A DNA stretch of 64,000 nt from Methanobacteriota archaeon (GTDB lineage: Archaea; Thermoplasmatota; Poseidoniia; Poseidoniales; Thalassarchaeaceae): positions 3,065 through 67,064 of the forward strand of contig PAOZ01000019.1 of NCBI GenBank assembly GCA_002708695.1, read 5' to 3'. The position numbers were made by a program, and so were the translations under genes. A model generated the notes under the pieces. It searched no databases. It had not been told where the DNA came from and saw nothing but the letters and a program-made list of their open reading frames with translations. Below, in pieces: positions 50,976 to 60,539 of this stretch; position 1 is the stretch's first letter, and the number at the start of each line of letters is the position of its first letter.

Positions 50976-51686
50976 GTGGACCACACCTCGATAGGAGAAG
51001 GCGACTGGAATACTCTCCAGTCCAATCTAGAGGCAACTATCCCCGTATATGACCGAATCAATCGATTCGCCACATTTGGCCAAGACCAAAGATGGAGAAA
51101 AATGGTACAGGACCGGTTACCCATCAATGGGCGCATTCTAGAAATCGGATGCGGACCTGGTTCTTTTGCTGAAAATCTCGTTGGACGGGAATTAACGTGC
51201 CTAGACCCCATACCTGCAATGCTAGAAGTGGCAAAACCTAGAGTAAACAAAAAACGCTTAGAAAGAGGTGATTCAAAAGTAAATTTTGTCGAAGCAACTG
51301 CTGAATCACTACCTTTTGAGGATTCTACATTTGATGCAATATGTTCCCTTTTTTCCTTTAGAGACTGGTATGACAAACCCAAGGGATTAACTGAAGCACT
51401 AAGAGTACTAAAGCCAGGAGGAAAAATAGTGATTGTAGACCCTGCAAAAATAAACAGAATTCATGGCTTTCTCGGCTATCTATACATGAGAATATGGGTA
51501 GGATCTTATGCCAGATTAATTTGCAAACAAAAAGAACATCCATGGAAGTGGTTAACTAAAACTTACGTCCATTTCGGAACCACTCGCGACTATGTTAGAA
51601 TGCTGAAGGATACTGGGTTCACTGAAGTTAATTCAAAAGTTATCTTCCCAGGCATGGCAACGATTTGGGAAGGCAAAAAACCCTAA
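50976..51686 (+). CDS. class I SAM-dependent methyltransferase, UbiE/MenG family
   Basis: Motif I ILEIGCGPGSF. Post-I acidic residue. Motif LKPGGKIVIVD. 236 aa. Confidence 0.7.
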   Translation: MDHTSIGEGDWNTLQSNLEATIPVYDRINRFATFGQDQRWRKMVQDRLPINGRILEIGCGPGSFAENLVGRELTCLDPIPAMLEVAKPRVNKKRLERGDSKVNFVEATAESLPFEDSTFDAICSLFSFRDWYDKPKGLTEALRVLKPGGKIVIVDPAKINRIHGFLGYLYMRIWVGSYARLICKQKEHPWKWLTKTYVHFGTTRDYVRMLKDTGFTEVNSKVIFPGMATIWEGKKP

Positions 51687-51690
51687 CGCC

Positions 51691-52809
51691 TCAATATATC
51701 AGAAACATTCGACGACAAGTGACTGCTCTCCAGATAATGCCCTTAGTTAAACGGTTGAAAAGCAAATTTAGAATCCAATCAGGTAAACGGAAAAGAAGAC
51801 TCCCGAATCGGAATGAACGCTTGGAGTTCCGCATAACATCTCCCATTTGATTTTTCCACCTTTTTTCATAATCTGTAAGAGGTGTGCCATCCTTAAGATG
51901 CTCTGCTATCACTTGACCTGCAATTCTTCCACCTACCATCGCGATTGTAATACCTGCACCATTTGATGGAAGCACCATTCCCGTTGCATCATTAACCAAT
52001 AGATAGTTACCTTTCACAAAGGTCTTGATTGTACCCGACATAGGAAGAGATCCTGCTCCCTTGAATGATATCTCTCCATTATATTTTGAAATAAATTCAT
52101 TTGCATATTGGTTCATTGTTTTACCTTTGGAAAAGCTCTTCTGTATTCCTAGACCAATATTGGCTCCTCTCGATTTAGGAAACATCCAGGCATAACCGCC
52201 TGGAGCCATGGAACCAAAATGTAATTCTACAGCATCTCCATAATCTCCATCCATAAGAACAAATTTTACAGGGATTTTCAAGGATTTTTCATCCCAATAA
52301 TCTCTTCTTAATGGATCGCTATGTCCACCTGCACCAACTATAACTTTAGCATGATAAGATTGGCCACTTCGAAGCTTTACCTCATTTCCTTCCACGGATT
52401 TGACATATTGATCAACGATATATTTTGCACCACATTTCTTGGCTAGTTCCACAAGTGCTTCATCATGAGCTACGCGATTTAGAACCAATCCCTCAAAATC
52501 AAATTTCAACGGTTTCCTTGAAGGAGGAACTATATGCATTTTAGAAGAGATTCTAGATATGGCATGTTTTGGTGTTTGAAACAAATCATCCATATCAGGA
52601 ACATCAGGGCAAAGTCTCCTCAACTCATCATTAGTAGGAACCAATTCTCCACATTGAAGTGGGGTTCCTATAGGGTCACGTCCATCAATAACCAAAACAT
52701 TCGCCCCACCTTCTGCAGCATATCGAGCTACCGTACTTCCAGCAGGACCTCCTCCAATTATGATAACATCATAACTATCTTCCACCATACTGTCACACCT
52801 TTCTACCAA
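51691..52809 (-). CDS. geranylgeranyl reductase family protein (digeranylgeranylglycerophospholipid reductase-like)
   Basis: FAD-binding YDVIIIGGGPAGSTVARYAA...GELVP. About 370 aa. Adjacent to the GGPP synthase. Start may be the internal Met at 52788. Confidence 0.8.
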   Translation of the reverse strand: MVERCDSMVEDSYDVIIIGGGPAGSTVARYAAEGGANVLVIDGRDPIGTPLQCGELVPTNDELRRLCPDVPDMDDLFQTPKHAISRISSKMHIVPPSRKPLKFDFEGLVLNRVAHDEALVELAKKCGAKYIVDQYVKSVEGNEVKLRSGQSYHAKVIVGAGGHSDPLRRDYWDEKSLKIPVKFVLMDGDYGDAVELHFGSMAPGGYAWMFPKSRGANIGLGIQKSFSKGKTMNQYANEFISKYNGEISFKGAGSLPMSGTIKTFVKGNYLLVNDATGMVLPSNGAGITIAMVGGRIAGQVIAEHLKDGTPLTDYEKRWKNQMGDVMRNSKRSFRFGSLLFRLPDWILNLLFNRLTKGIIWRAVTCRRMFLIY

Positions 52810-53662
52810 GCGATATCTCTGCTAATCCTTCCATCAGTTCCCTAGCAGGAGTAAGTGGCAACGATCTCAGATTTTCTAATGCATTTATCAAATGAGTCTC
52901 GATTAAATTTCTAGTATAATCGAATGAACCGGCTTCATTCAGTAACTCTGTTAATTCATTCCAATAAGCATCATTGAATGATTCAAGAATTTCAGACATT
53001 CTTTGTCTAGGTTCTCCGTGTAAAATAGTAAGTGCATGTATCAATGGCAGAGTCATTTTACCTTCATGTACATCTGTACCTCTAGGCTTACCCATAGTTA
53101 AATCACCAGTTAAATCTAGTAAATCATCTACCATCTGAAACGCTATACCTACTCCCATTCCGAATTTAGATAAATTATCAACTTCATTTTCTGGAGCGTT
53201 TGCAAGAATTGCTGCAGCAGCACAAGCATTTGCAAAAGGACCCGCAGTCTTACCCCTTACAATCTCGTCATAATCCTCTGGACGAGTGGTTAAGTCTCTA
53301 ATATGCCTCATTTGTTTCAATTCAGCAGCAGCAATTGCAGTACAAGTTTTTGATACTGAATCAACGATTCGTGTTTCGGCTCTTCCTCCTAATCCAAAAC
53401 CCAATACAAATAGATAATCTCCAACAATTATTGCTTGAGCATCTCCATGAGTGGTATGTAATGTGGGAGCACCTCTTCTTAGACGCGCACCATCATAGAT
53501 ATCATCATGCACCAACGTAGCAGTATGAATTAATTCAAAAGCTAAAGCCAGATCCATTACTTCGTCATTTAGAGTCCCACCTGCAGCCTCATGTGCCAAT
53601 AGCGTAAGAACTGGACGCCATCTCTTCCCACCTGCCATCAATACTGTACGCGCCATAGCCAT
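52793..53662 (-). CDS. idsA: geranylgeranyl diphosphate synthase (short-chain trans-prenyltransferase). The N-terminal 32 codons (53773-53678) are separated from this ORF by an in-frame TAA (53675-53677).
   Basis: GGKRWRP, first DDxxD (LVHDDIYDG), and second aspartate-rich motif (FQMVDDLLD). Upstream same-frame segment MVAGKELDARLRSYRDKVEAALEDLVAKEMLG-TAA-SAEAMAMARTVLMAGGKR would restore a normal 326-aa protein. Confidence 0.8.
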   Translation of the reverse strand: MAMARTVLMAGGKRWRPVLTLLAHEAAGGTLNDEVMDLALAFELIHTATLVHDDIYDGARLRRGAPTLHTTHGDAQAIIVGDYLFVLGFGLGGRAETRIVDSVSKTCTAIAAAELKQMRHIRDLTTRPEDYDEIVRGKTAGPFANACAAAAILANAPENEVDNLSKFGMGVGIAFQMVDDLLDLTGDLTMGKPRGTDVHEGKMTLPLIHALTILHGEPRQRMSEILESFNDAYWNELTELLNEAGSFDYTRNLIETHLINALENLRSLPLTPARELMEGLAEISLGRKV

Positions 53663-53833
53663 CGCTTCTGCAGATTATCCAAGCATCTCTTTAGCAACTA
53701 AATCTTCCAAAGCAGCCTCTACCTTATCACGATATGAGCGAAGCCGCGCATCCAATTCTTTGCCCGCAACCATGGGAACAAGTGTATGTCGGAGGGTTTG
53801 CTATATCAACAGGTGTACAGACGACAGGACAAT

Positions 53834-54835
53834 ATGACCGAGGAGGGCGTAGACAAAATTGGCGTTCTATCGACTCTTTCCCACCACTGCGCTGCCAGAT
53901 TAGATACGCTTTCGGGTCATCTTTCAGAAAATAATATCGAAAATGTTGAAAGTTTTATTGAAGGATGTGAGAATTTAGATCAAGGAAGAATTGATCTTTT
54001 TGTTGCGCCGAGTAATTTGGTTTGGAATGATAGAGAAATTCTCGCAAAAAAAGGATTGTCTATCGTAGCCGCGCTCCAAAGAAATCACCCTTTTCACGTA
54101 TTAGTTTCAAGTGATGACACTTGGCATCTCAAAGCTGATGCAATTGTTCTCTGTGATGAAAAAATCATACAACGACAACTACTCCGGAAGAGAGGTAAAG
54201 TACCACGTAGATTGAATATTAGAAATTATTCTGAATTTGATTTAGATTCAAATTCTGGAGAAGATCTCAGAAAGGCTCAGCAGATGATTAATGATGGTAA
54301 AATAGATGGATTCATCATTCCAAGAGGAAGCTATTCTCTAACTGGATTGAACGAAAGAAGACATGCGATGCTACCTGATGCAGAAGAAATGGCAGGAATG
54401 CGGTTTGTGCCAGCCCCATTTGTTGATTTGATGTTAGTTTTATCACGCCAAGGCTTTCACCCTCATGTTATTCAATCATGGACAGATAATGAAGCAAAGA
54501 ATGCATGGCTGGCAACTAAAGCGATTCTAGAAAGAACTCCTAAAGATTTGCATGATCGTATTGGTATCCACTATAGACAAAGAAATGTAGGTCCGATATT
54601 AGAAGAAGCAGAAAGGGTGAAGGATCTGTTCGTCCTCGAAACACTTCACGATCCTGAAGGAGAAGTTGACGACTTACTACGATATGAGATAATTGTCGAG
54701 ACAATCAATGGAGATGGTACTATGACAACGGGAATCGAAAGAGTCGGCCCTGTAGACAAATTATATGTCGATATTCATTTTATGATGAATGATTGGAATT
54801 CGATTCTTGAGGGTATACCAATGTCAGAAGAATAG
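53834..54835 (+). CDS. hypothetical protein (possibly a periplasmic-binding-protein-like fold)
   Basis: ORF of 349 aa in the track; the internal Met at 53834 is the likely start. No assignable catalytic motif. Confidence 0.35.
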   Translation: MTEEGVDKIGVLSTLSHHCAARLDTLSGHLSENNIENVESFIEGCENLDQGRIDLFVAPSNLVWNDREILAKKGLSIVAALQRNHPFHVLVSSDDTWHLKADAIVLCDEKIIQRQLLRKRGKVPRRLNIRNYSEFDLDSNSGEDLRKAQQMINDGKIDGFIIPRGSYSLTGLNERRHAMLPDAEEMAGMRFVPAPFVDLMLVLSRQGFHPHVIQSWTDNEAKNAWLATKAILERTPKDLHDRIGIHYRQRNVGPILEEAERVKDLFVLETLHDPEGEVDDLLRYEIIVETINGDGTMTTGIERVGPVDKLYVDIHFMMNDWNSILEGIPMSEE

Positions 54836-54859
54836 AATATCTCGGCAATTCAGATTTTC

Positions 54860-56623
54860 GTGCAGAATGTACATTTCACCCTCAACCTTGGCGTAACCTA
54901 TACAATACCTAATGACGCGAAGGACATAATTGAGGGAAGAGAAATGCAGGTAGACACTGAACGTCTAGCAATTCTCCATACAAGTAAATTAGAGGACCTC
55001 AAAGAGATTGCATCAGATGCAGGAATCCCTCGTACAGGTTCCGTAGAAAGACTACGTGTTCGCCTAATAATTGCTACAATAATACCTGGAGAAGATCTTA
55101 GTTGGGATGGAATTCAAGACATTTCTAACCAACAACTTACTAATTTATTGAAGATATTTGGAATAAAAAGTTCAGGTTCACAAAAAGATAAGAGGCAACG
55201 AGTGTGGTTACACATCTACCACGATCCAAAGAAACTCACAATTGATTCACTTACTGAAATGAATAGAGATGACTTACATGAGTTATGTGCAAGATTAGAA
55301 ATGCCTCGTTCAGGAAATAAAACACAACTCGTGGGAAGAGTAGCAGGAGTTCTATCGAATCAAGAAGGCGCTTGGGGCCGCATCAAAAGATCCGTGAAAC
55401 GGGGTTCAACTTCTTCCATTCCTACTGCAAAACCTAAGCCTCAGTCTCCTCCAGCCCCACCTGCACCGATTGCCGATACTCCTGAAACCACTTTAACTAA
55501 ACTAGAAGAAGTTGAAGAATTAACTGAAATAGAACCAGATATAGAAATCTTAGAAGAAAACCCTACAGAAGAAGAAATTCCAGTTGAAGAAACTAAACCA
55601 CTCACTGAAACAATAGAAGTAGGTGCAGAAATTGCATTCAGAGAAATGGAAAGTAGAGAAGCAGAATTACGCTCACTAATTCGTGATTTCCTAATTATTG
55701 GAGAACAATCTCCCGAAGATATTTCAGCATTTATTGAAGATTTAAACCCAAGAGGATTTGATGTATCTCATAATGTTGTCAAAGAACACATTCTAAATTT
55801 AATTCAAGAAATGGCGCAAAGAAAAGAGAAAGAGCATGAGGCTCAGTCACTATTACCTGGCTCATGGAGAGAAAGACAAGCAATAAGACGGTTTGAAGAA
55901 GAACGTGGACATTTGCTTGATTCTCTTGAAGAAATACTTCTAGCATCTAGAGGAGATATACCTAGTGCAAGAATGTCGTTTGAAAATTACGCAAAAGAAG
56001 CAGGATTAGACCTTGATTTACCTGCCATCAGTGGACGAGTACATGGCCTATTTGATCTCCAAATTTCACTTAACGACATGGAAATGGATATTGATCCAGT
56101 AGCAGCAAGAAGAGATCGAGCAATTAGATTACTTCTTCGAAGAGTCGATGAAATAGATGAGGTAGCCAAATCAACCTTAGAGCGTATGGAGCAGCAAATC
56201 GAAGCCTTGGAACGTATTGTTGAAACCGTAATTCGTAGAAACGACGGGAAATTCACATCATTAGAACATTCTTTGATGATTAGATTCCTTGAAAGAAGAG
56301 GATGGGATGCAAATCACCCTGAAGTGAGACCACGATTAATTGCAGCAGCAGGAGTCCTAGCGGTTGAAATGGGATACATATCAGAAGCAGAAATGCCAAC
56401 TCTTCCTGGACAAATTGCTTTAGATCCTGAACGAGTTTCTGACGTTGTTGATACACTTAATGATGTCTTGGAATCATTTGGAAAGAAGCCAGCACGAAGT
56501 GTGGAAGAATTAGATGAGATGGACGTAGAGGATGTTAATGAAATTGAATCAGCAAGAAGAACTTTGGACTCAGCTGATGCTATACTCGATCGATTAAGAC
56601 AATTGGGCGAAGAAGGAATCTAA
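54860..56623 (+). CDS. hypothetical acidic protein with two SAP/Rho-N-like helix-extension-helix motifs, Pro-rich linker and coiled-coil C-terminal half
   Basis: LEDLKEIASDAGIPRTGSVERLRVRLI and DDLHELCARLEMPRSGNKTQLVGRVAGVL match the SAP pattern (L..L.v.eLr..L...gL...G.K..L..Rl). Linker PKPQSPPAPPAPIADTPETT. Confidence 0.4.
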   Translation: MQNVHFTLNLGVTYTIPNDAKDIIEGREMQVDTERLAILHTSKLEDLKEIASDAGIPRTGSVERLRVRLIIATIIPGEDLSWDGIQDISNQQLTNLLKIFGIKSSGSQKDKRQRVWLHIYHDPKKLTIDSLTEMNRDDLHELCARLEMPRSGNKTQLVGRVAGVLSNQEGAWGRIKRSVKRGSTSSIPTAKPKPQSPPAPPAPIADTPETTLTKLEEVEELTEIEPDIEILEENPTEEEIPVEETKPLTETIEVGAEIAFREMESREAELRSLIRDFLIIGEQSPEDISAFIEDLNPRGFDVSHNVVKEHILNLIQEMAQRKEKEHEAQSLLPGSWRERQAIRRFEEERGHLLDSLEEILLASRGDIPSARMSFENYAKEAGLDLDLPAISGRVHGLFDLQISLNDMEMDIDPVAARRDRAIRLLLRRVDEIDEVAKSTLERMEQQIEALERIVETVIRRNDGKFTSLEHSLMIRFLERRGWDANHPEVRPRLIAAAGVLAVEMGYISEAEMPTLPGQIALDPERVSDVVDTLNDVLESFGKKPARSVEELDEMDVEDVNEIESARRTLDSADAILDRLRQLGEEGI

Positions 56624-57862
56624 TTAGTTAACTGTAGAGTGATACGTCTGTATTATTCTAGTAACTGATTCAATATCTCTAATGTCTCGGTTGACCAAAT
56701 CTGTCAAAATCTGTTCTTTTTGTCTAACTACTGCTTCAAAATCAGCAGGAGTACATCCTTTCGCAGTACAGATGATTTCTCTAACCTTGCTTGGAACTCC
56801 AGTTTCAACAATTTTTCCTTGACTTGCATCATACTTCCAAATTGGATTCAGGCGAGGAGTATCTCCTTCCATTCCTGCAATTTCAGCAACTTCAGTAATT
56901 CTTCTAATATTCTTCCCTCCAACATTAAGACGTGCTTGCATTATAATCAAATCTAGCGCATTCAGCATTATTGCAGGGACACTCATTGGAGGATTCACGA
57001 GTCTCTTAACGGTCTCATTGGCCGTATTTGCGTGAAGACTTCCAAATGAACCATCATGACCAGTATTCATCGCCATTAACATAGTTGCAGCTTCTGGGCC
57101 ACGAACTTCACCAACAATTACTCTATCAGGACGCATTCTAAGACTGGATTTCAAACAGTCATTCATGTCAATTTCAGATGTGCCGTCTGGACGTCTATCC
57201 CTAGTTTCCATTCTTAGCCAATGATCATGATAAATCTGGAGTTCAGCAGTGTCTTCTACCGATAAAACACGGTCAGACCATGGAACAAACATTCCGAGGC
57301 AATTGAGCGTTGTTGTTTTACCAGAACCTGTTCCTCCCGCTATAACGAAATTTGCTGGCTTTGCACCTAATCCGTCTACCCATGTCCAAAACATAGCGGC
57401 TAAACGAGGTGATACTGTGCCCCACTTTATCAAATCAACAATTGTAATTGGATCCTCTCTAAATTTCCTAATGGTTAGAGTAGGACCATCAGGAGAAACA
57501 GGAGGGATTGTCCCATTCACACGAGAACCATCTGGAAGACGGCCGTCGAAAATAGGCACCATACCTGGTCCATCTCCAAGAGGAACTTCGGTATGTGATG
57601 CGATATTTTTTGCAATCTGAATTCCTTCTTCATCTTCTACCCAAATATTTGTTCTACACATACCATGCTTCCTATGGGCAATCTTCACACATTGTTTTCC
57701 ACCGTTATACATCACTTCCTCAAGATCATCGTCGTCCAACAAAACTTGGAGAACCCCATAGGGATTAGCAGCAATTTGTCCATTGTATTCATAGAAAGGA
57801 GTAGGATGACCCTCTTCACTGTAAACAATTACATCGCCATATTGATCAATAATTTCTGCCAT
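56624..57862 (-). CDS. type II/IV secretion system ATPase, CpaF/TadA/VirB11-like (FlaI/PilB superfamily)
   Basis: Walker A IAGGTGSGKTTTL. Walker B and Asp box RVIVGEVRGPEA. His box NTGHDGSFGSLHANTA. TIRKF segment. 412 aa, shorter than typical FlaI. Confidence 0.85.
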   Translation of the reverse strand: MAEIIDQYGDVIVYSEEGHPTPFYEYNGQIAANPYGVLQVLLDDDDLEEVMYNGGKQCVKIAHRKHGMCRTNIWVEDEEGIQIAKNIASHTEVPLGDGPGMVPIFDGRLPDGSRVNGTIPPVSPDGPTLTIRKFREDPITIVDLIKWGTVSPRLAAMFWTWVDGLGAKPANFVIAGGTGSGKTTTLNCLGMFVPWSDRVLSVEDTAELQIYHDHWLRMETRDRRPDGTSEIDMNDCLKSSLRMRPDRVIVGEVRGPEAATMLMAMNTGHDGSFGSLHANTANETVKRLVNPPMSVPAIMLNALDLIIMQARLNVGGKNIRRITEVAEIAGMEGDTPRLNPIWKYDASQGKIVETGVPSKVREIICTAKGCTPADFEAVVRQKEQILTDLVNRDIRDIESVTRIIQTYHSTVN

Positions 57863-57871
57863 TTTTATCCC

Positions 57872-58612
57872 TCAGAACATGTTCCCTGCCATGATGTATA
57901 CACCCTGAAACAATAGAGTGGACATCAACATCCAAGCCGGAGCAGACCAGAGATATTGACCAGTCCGACCAAGCATTCGACCACTAATTGCAACAGTTAC
58001 TCCTGTTGCTGCGGCAGAGAAAAGGTAGAGGGCTTCTAAGGTTGAAGCCAAAGGATATCCAGTTGATGGAGGTGCAAAAATCCCTACAATAAATCCAGTG
58101 ATACAAGGAAGCATAAGACCCATCAAAACTATCATTGTAAATGCTTGACCAAAGACCTTTTCTTCCTTTAACCGCATTAGAGAATTCAACTTCTCGTATT
58201 CTATACTCATCCTGTATGTTACTTCCTGTAATGGTGCCTGTTGTTCAAGAGCAGCATCCAAAAGATTGACTACTCTTTGAACCAAAGCACTTCTAGATTC
58301 AAGAGCAAATTTTGCTAATGCAGCAGTAAATGATGTTGCTTGAGCCCTAACCAAAGCTTGATCCAATAAAGTTCCAGCAACATCGTTACGAGACTTCGCC
58401 ACATCAGCAAAAGCTTGTTCAAGACCCAAACCGGCTCCCAACTCGGCTGAAATTAATTCCATCATCTCAGGTAAAGCACCATCAATACTGCTTCTTCTTC
58501 GGGATTCTAATGCCAAAGGAATCGCTCCTCCAATCCCAATTATTGCCAAAGGAAGTAAGAACATAGCAGTAGGGTTGTCATTTAGACGTTCCATTAATTG
58601 CCAAAGCATCAA
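57872..58612 (-). CDS. T2SSF-domain membrane protein (TadC/FlaJ half-size)
   Basis: Helical T2SSF-like repeat and 3-4 TM helices. 246 aa. 6 nt downstream of the preceding membrane-protein gene. Confidence 0.6.
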   Translation of the reverse strand: MMLWQLMERLNDNPTAMFLLPLAIIGIGGAIPLALESRRRSSIDGALPEMMELISAELGAGLGLEQAFADVAKSRNDVAGTLLDQALVRAQATSFTAALAKFALESRSALVQRVVNLLDAALEQQAPLQEVTYRMSIEYEKLNSLMRLKEEKVFGQAFTMIVLMGLMLPCITGFIVGIFAPPSTGYPLASTLEALYLFSAAATGVTVAISGRMLGRTGQYLWSAPAWMLMSTLLFQGVYIMAGNMF

Positions 58613-58618
58613 ATCACC

Positions 58619-59191
58619 TCAGACTCCAGGATCCCTAGTATGGGCCTTTAGACCAATCATCCCCATTGCAAATACACAAAATGCAAGACCGCCGAATGTT
58701 GCCATTCGCGCCACACCTGGACCAGGGACATCGATTAACCCTGACGCTCCTGCAAAAAGATATGGCGCTACTGCCATCAATGGCAAAACAATTGGACCAA
58801 GCATTCCTACAGTCAACAAGGCTGTAGGCATTCCCTCAAGGGCTTCGATGTACTTCATTATACGATCTGTGCGCTCTTCTTCTTCCCTATCTGCTTGACG
58901 TCGTAAATCTGAAATCAAATCAGTATTCGATGTCACATTGGTTTTTAGTGTCGTAAGGAGACGTTTGTAACCTGTGGATTTTGTACGAGAAGTGGCCTTA
59001 GTAAGTTCATCTTCAATCCTTCTTCCGGCTCGAACACCATCCATAATCTTCTCCATATCTTTACTGATAGCACCATATCCACCTCTAGCGATATTAATCA
59101 ATACAGATTCAAGACCAACTCCAGCTCCTAAAAGAACATCAAACGCTCGTAGAGCGGCTAACAAATCTCGTTCTTCGGCTTCCATAATCAC
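58619..59191 (-). CDS. T2SSF-domain membrane protein (TadB/FlaJ half-size)
   Basis: Cytoplasmic helical domain (LLAALRAFDVLLGAGVGLESVL) followed by TM helices. 190 aa. ATGA overlap with the upstream 114-aa gene. Confidence 0.55.
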   Translation of the reverse strand: MIMEAEERDLLAALRAFDVLLGAGVGLESVLINIARGGYGAISKDMEKIMDGVRAGRRIEDELTKATSRTKSTGYKRLLTTLKTNVTSNTDLISDLRRQADREEEERTDRIMKYIEALEGMPTALLTVGMLGPIVLPLMAVAPYLFAGASGLIDVPGPGVARMATFGGLAFCVFAMGMIGLKAHTRDPGV

Positions 59192-59532
59192 GCCTCCGCA
59201 TCTTCAACCAAAACCAACTCAATCTCTCCCGATTCTGAATCATAAGTCATTTCTTGAATTGCTACAAGCATCTCTCTATCAATAAACGGATCAATGAACG
59301 AAGGTTGGCCTGCGCGGAATAATCCTTCCAAAACCTTGTATCCTCTAGTATCCACTTTTAGTCGAATGGTATATACTGCAGATTCCGAACCTTCATCCTT
59401 TACATCATCTCCTTCGCCACCGCGAACTAATTTACGTTCAAGACGCCTTTTTATGTTCACAGAAACGTGACATTCCTCTAATTGCATCCATTCTCCATCC
59501 TTTGCGCGAATGAAGCAAGAGATGCCTGACAT
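59188..59532 (-). CDS. hypothetical protein (114 aa), translationally coupled to the T2SSF genes
   Basis: ORF with acidic C-terminus. No recognisable motif. Confidence 0.35.
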   Translation of the reverse strand: MSGISCFIRAKDGEWMQLEECHVSVNIKRRLERKLVRGGEGDDVKDEGSESAVYTIRLKVDTRGYKVLEGLFRAGQPSFIDPFIDREMLVAIQEMTYDSESGEIELVLVEDAEA

Positions 59533-59591
59533 GTCTGTCCCTACCCCTCCACTGGAGACTTGGGGGCATCAAGGTATCGCATTATCGAGAG

Positions 59592-60539
59592 TTATAAAAT
59601 CTCAAAGAAACCGAATTCTGGTTCTTGAATCAACGCTTGAACATCTCGAAGATCGTCGATGACCTCCTCGGCTGTTAACCGTACTACACCAACACTAGCA
59701 CAAGCACGGATGAGCGTATCATAATCAACTGGATCATCAGATGCATTCAAACATTGCAAAATTGCCTCTTTCGCTTTATCTATTGCTTCATCTCCCTCTA
59801 AATTCTCAACTGTTTTTGGAGAAACAGATTCATCAGGAACAGGAGATGTTTCAACAACTTCATCGGGTGGAGCAAGCCCTTCACTCATACTAATTGCACG
59901 CATGACCGCCACTTCGTAAACTGAATCATCGATATCACCATAATGTTCTCTTGACTTCAGGAGACCAGAAATAAGATCTGAAGGAATTCCTCCCGATTTG
60001 TAACTTATCTCCGTATTTTCTAATTCACGTGATTTTCTCTGAGCATCTATTCTTCTCATTGTTGCATCTGCAGTACGGGCCAACCAAACATGGTAGCGAG
60101 TTACGTCAATTTCCCTAAAACCTTCAGCACGAATACTAGTAAACACGCCACCATCTTCTGTTTCATAATGTCTTGAACGTCCCAACATCAATACTAGGAA
60201 ACGATCGCCTCTCTCAAATCTAGCAAGTATCTCTTCCGCATCAGCATGTAATTCAGGAGTAAATGGGGTAACATCAAACATATGTAAACCAGTAGAATCT
60301 CTCAAACGTCCACGATATCCCGGTCCACTTTCTGTATCTCTTCTTTCCATATTATCGATTACACCTGCTACCAACATCCTAGAAGTCATAGCACCAAGAC
60401 GACTAACAACAAATGAGGGGTCAAATTCGCCCTGTCCAACAATTGGTAGCGAAGATTGAGAAAACTCAATTGCAAACATCCTAAGAGCAGGTTGCCTCTG
60501 CCGACTAGATGAATTTGAAATCACAAAACCACCCCCCAT
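59592..60539 (-). CDS. hypothetical protein (315 aa) immediately downstream of rpa (possible RPA-associated protein)
   Basis: Overlaps the rpa stop by 19 nt (or starts at internal Met 60479). Assignment by synteny only. Confidence 0.35.
   Translation of the reverse strand: MGGGFVISNSSSRQRQPALRMFAIEFSQSSLPIVGQGEFDPSFVVSRLGAMTSRMLVAGVIDNMERRDTESGPGYRGRLRDSTGLHMFDVTPFTPELHADAEEILARFERGDRFLVLMLGRSRHYETEDGGVFTSIRAEGFREIDVTRYHVWLARTADATMRRIDAQRKSRELENTEISYKSGGIPSDLISGLLKSREHYGDIDDSVYEVAVMRAISMSEGLAPPDEVVETSPVPDESVSPKTVENLEGDEAIDKAKEAILQCLNASDDPVDYDTLIRACASVGVVRLTAEEVIDDLRDVQALIQEPEFGFFEIL

Noticed and set aside
53734-53934. 66-aa plus-strand ORF upstream of the idsA start
   Set aside because: Overlaps the minus-strand N-terminal segment of idsA, which has a convincing prenyltransferase first-helix sequence. 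Spurious.
56624-57862. Calling the secretion ATPase FlaI (archaellum motor)
   Set aside because: At 412 aa it lacks the extended N-terminal domain of FlaI (typically over 500 aa). The adjacent platform is split into two small T2SSF proteins and no FlaH/FlaF/FlaG/archaellin is adjacent. CpaF/TadA-like is the safer call.
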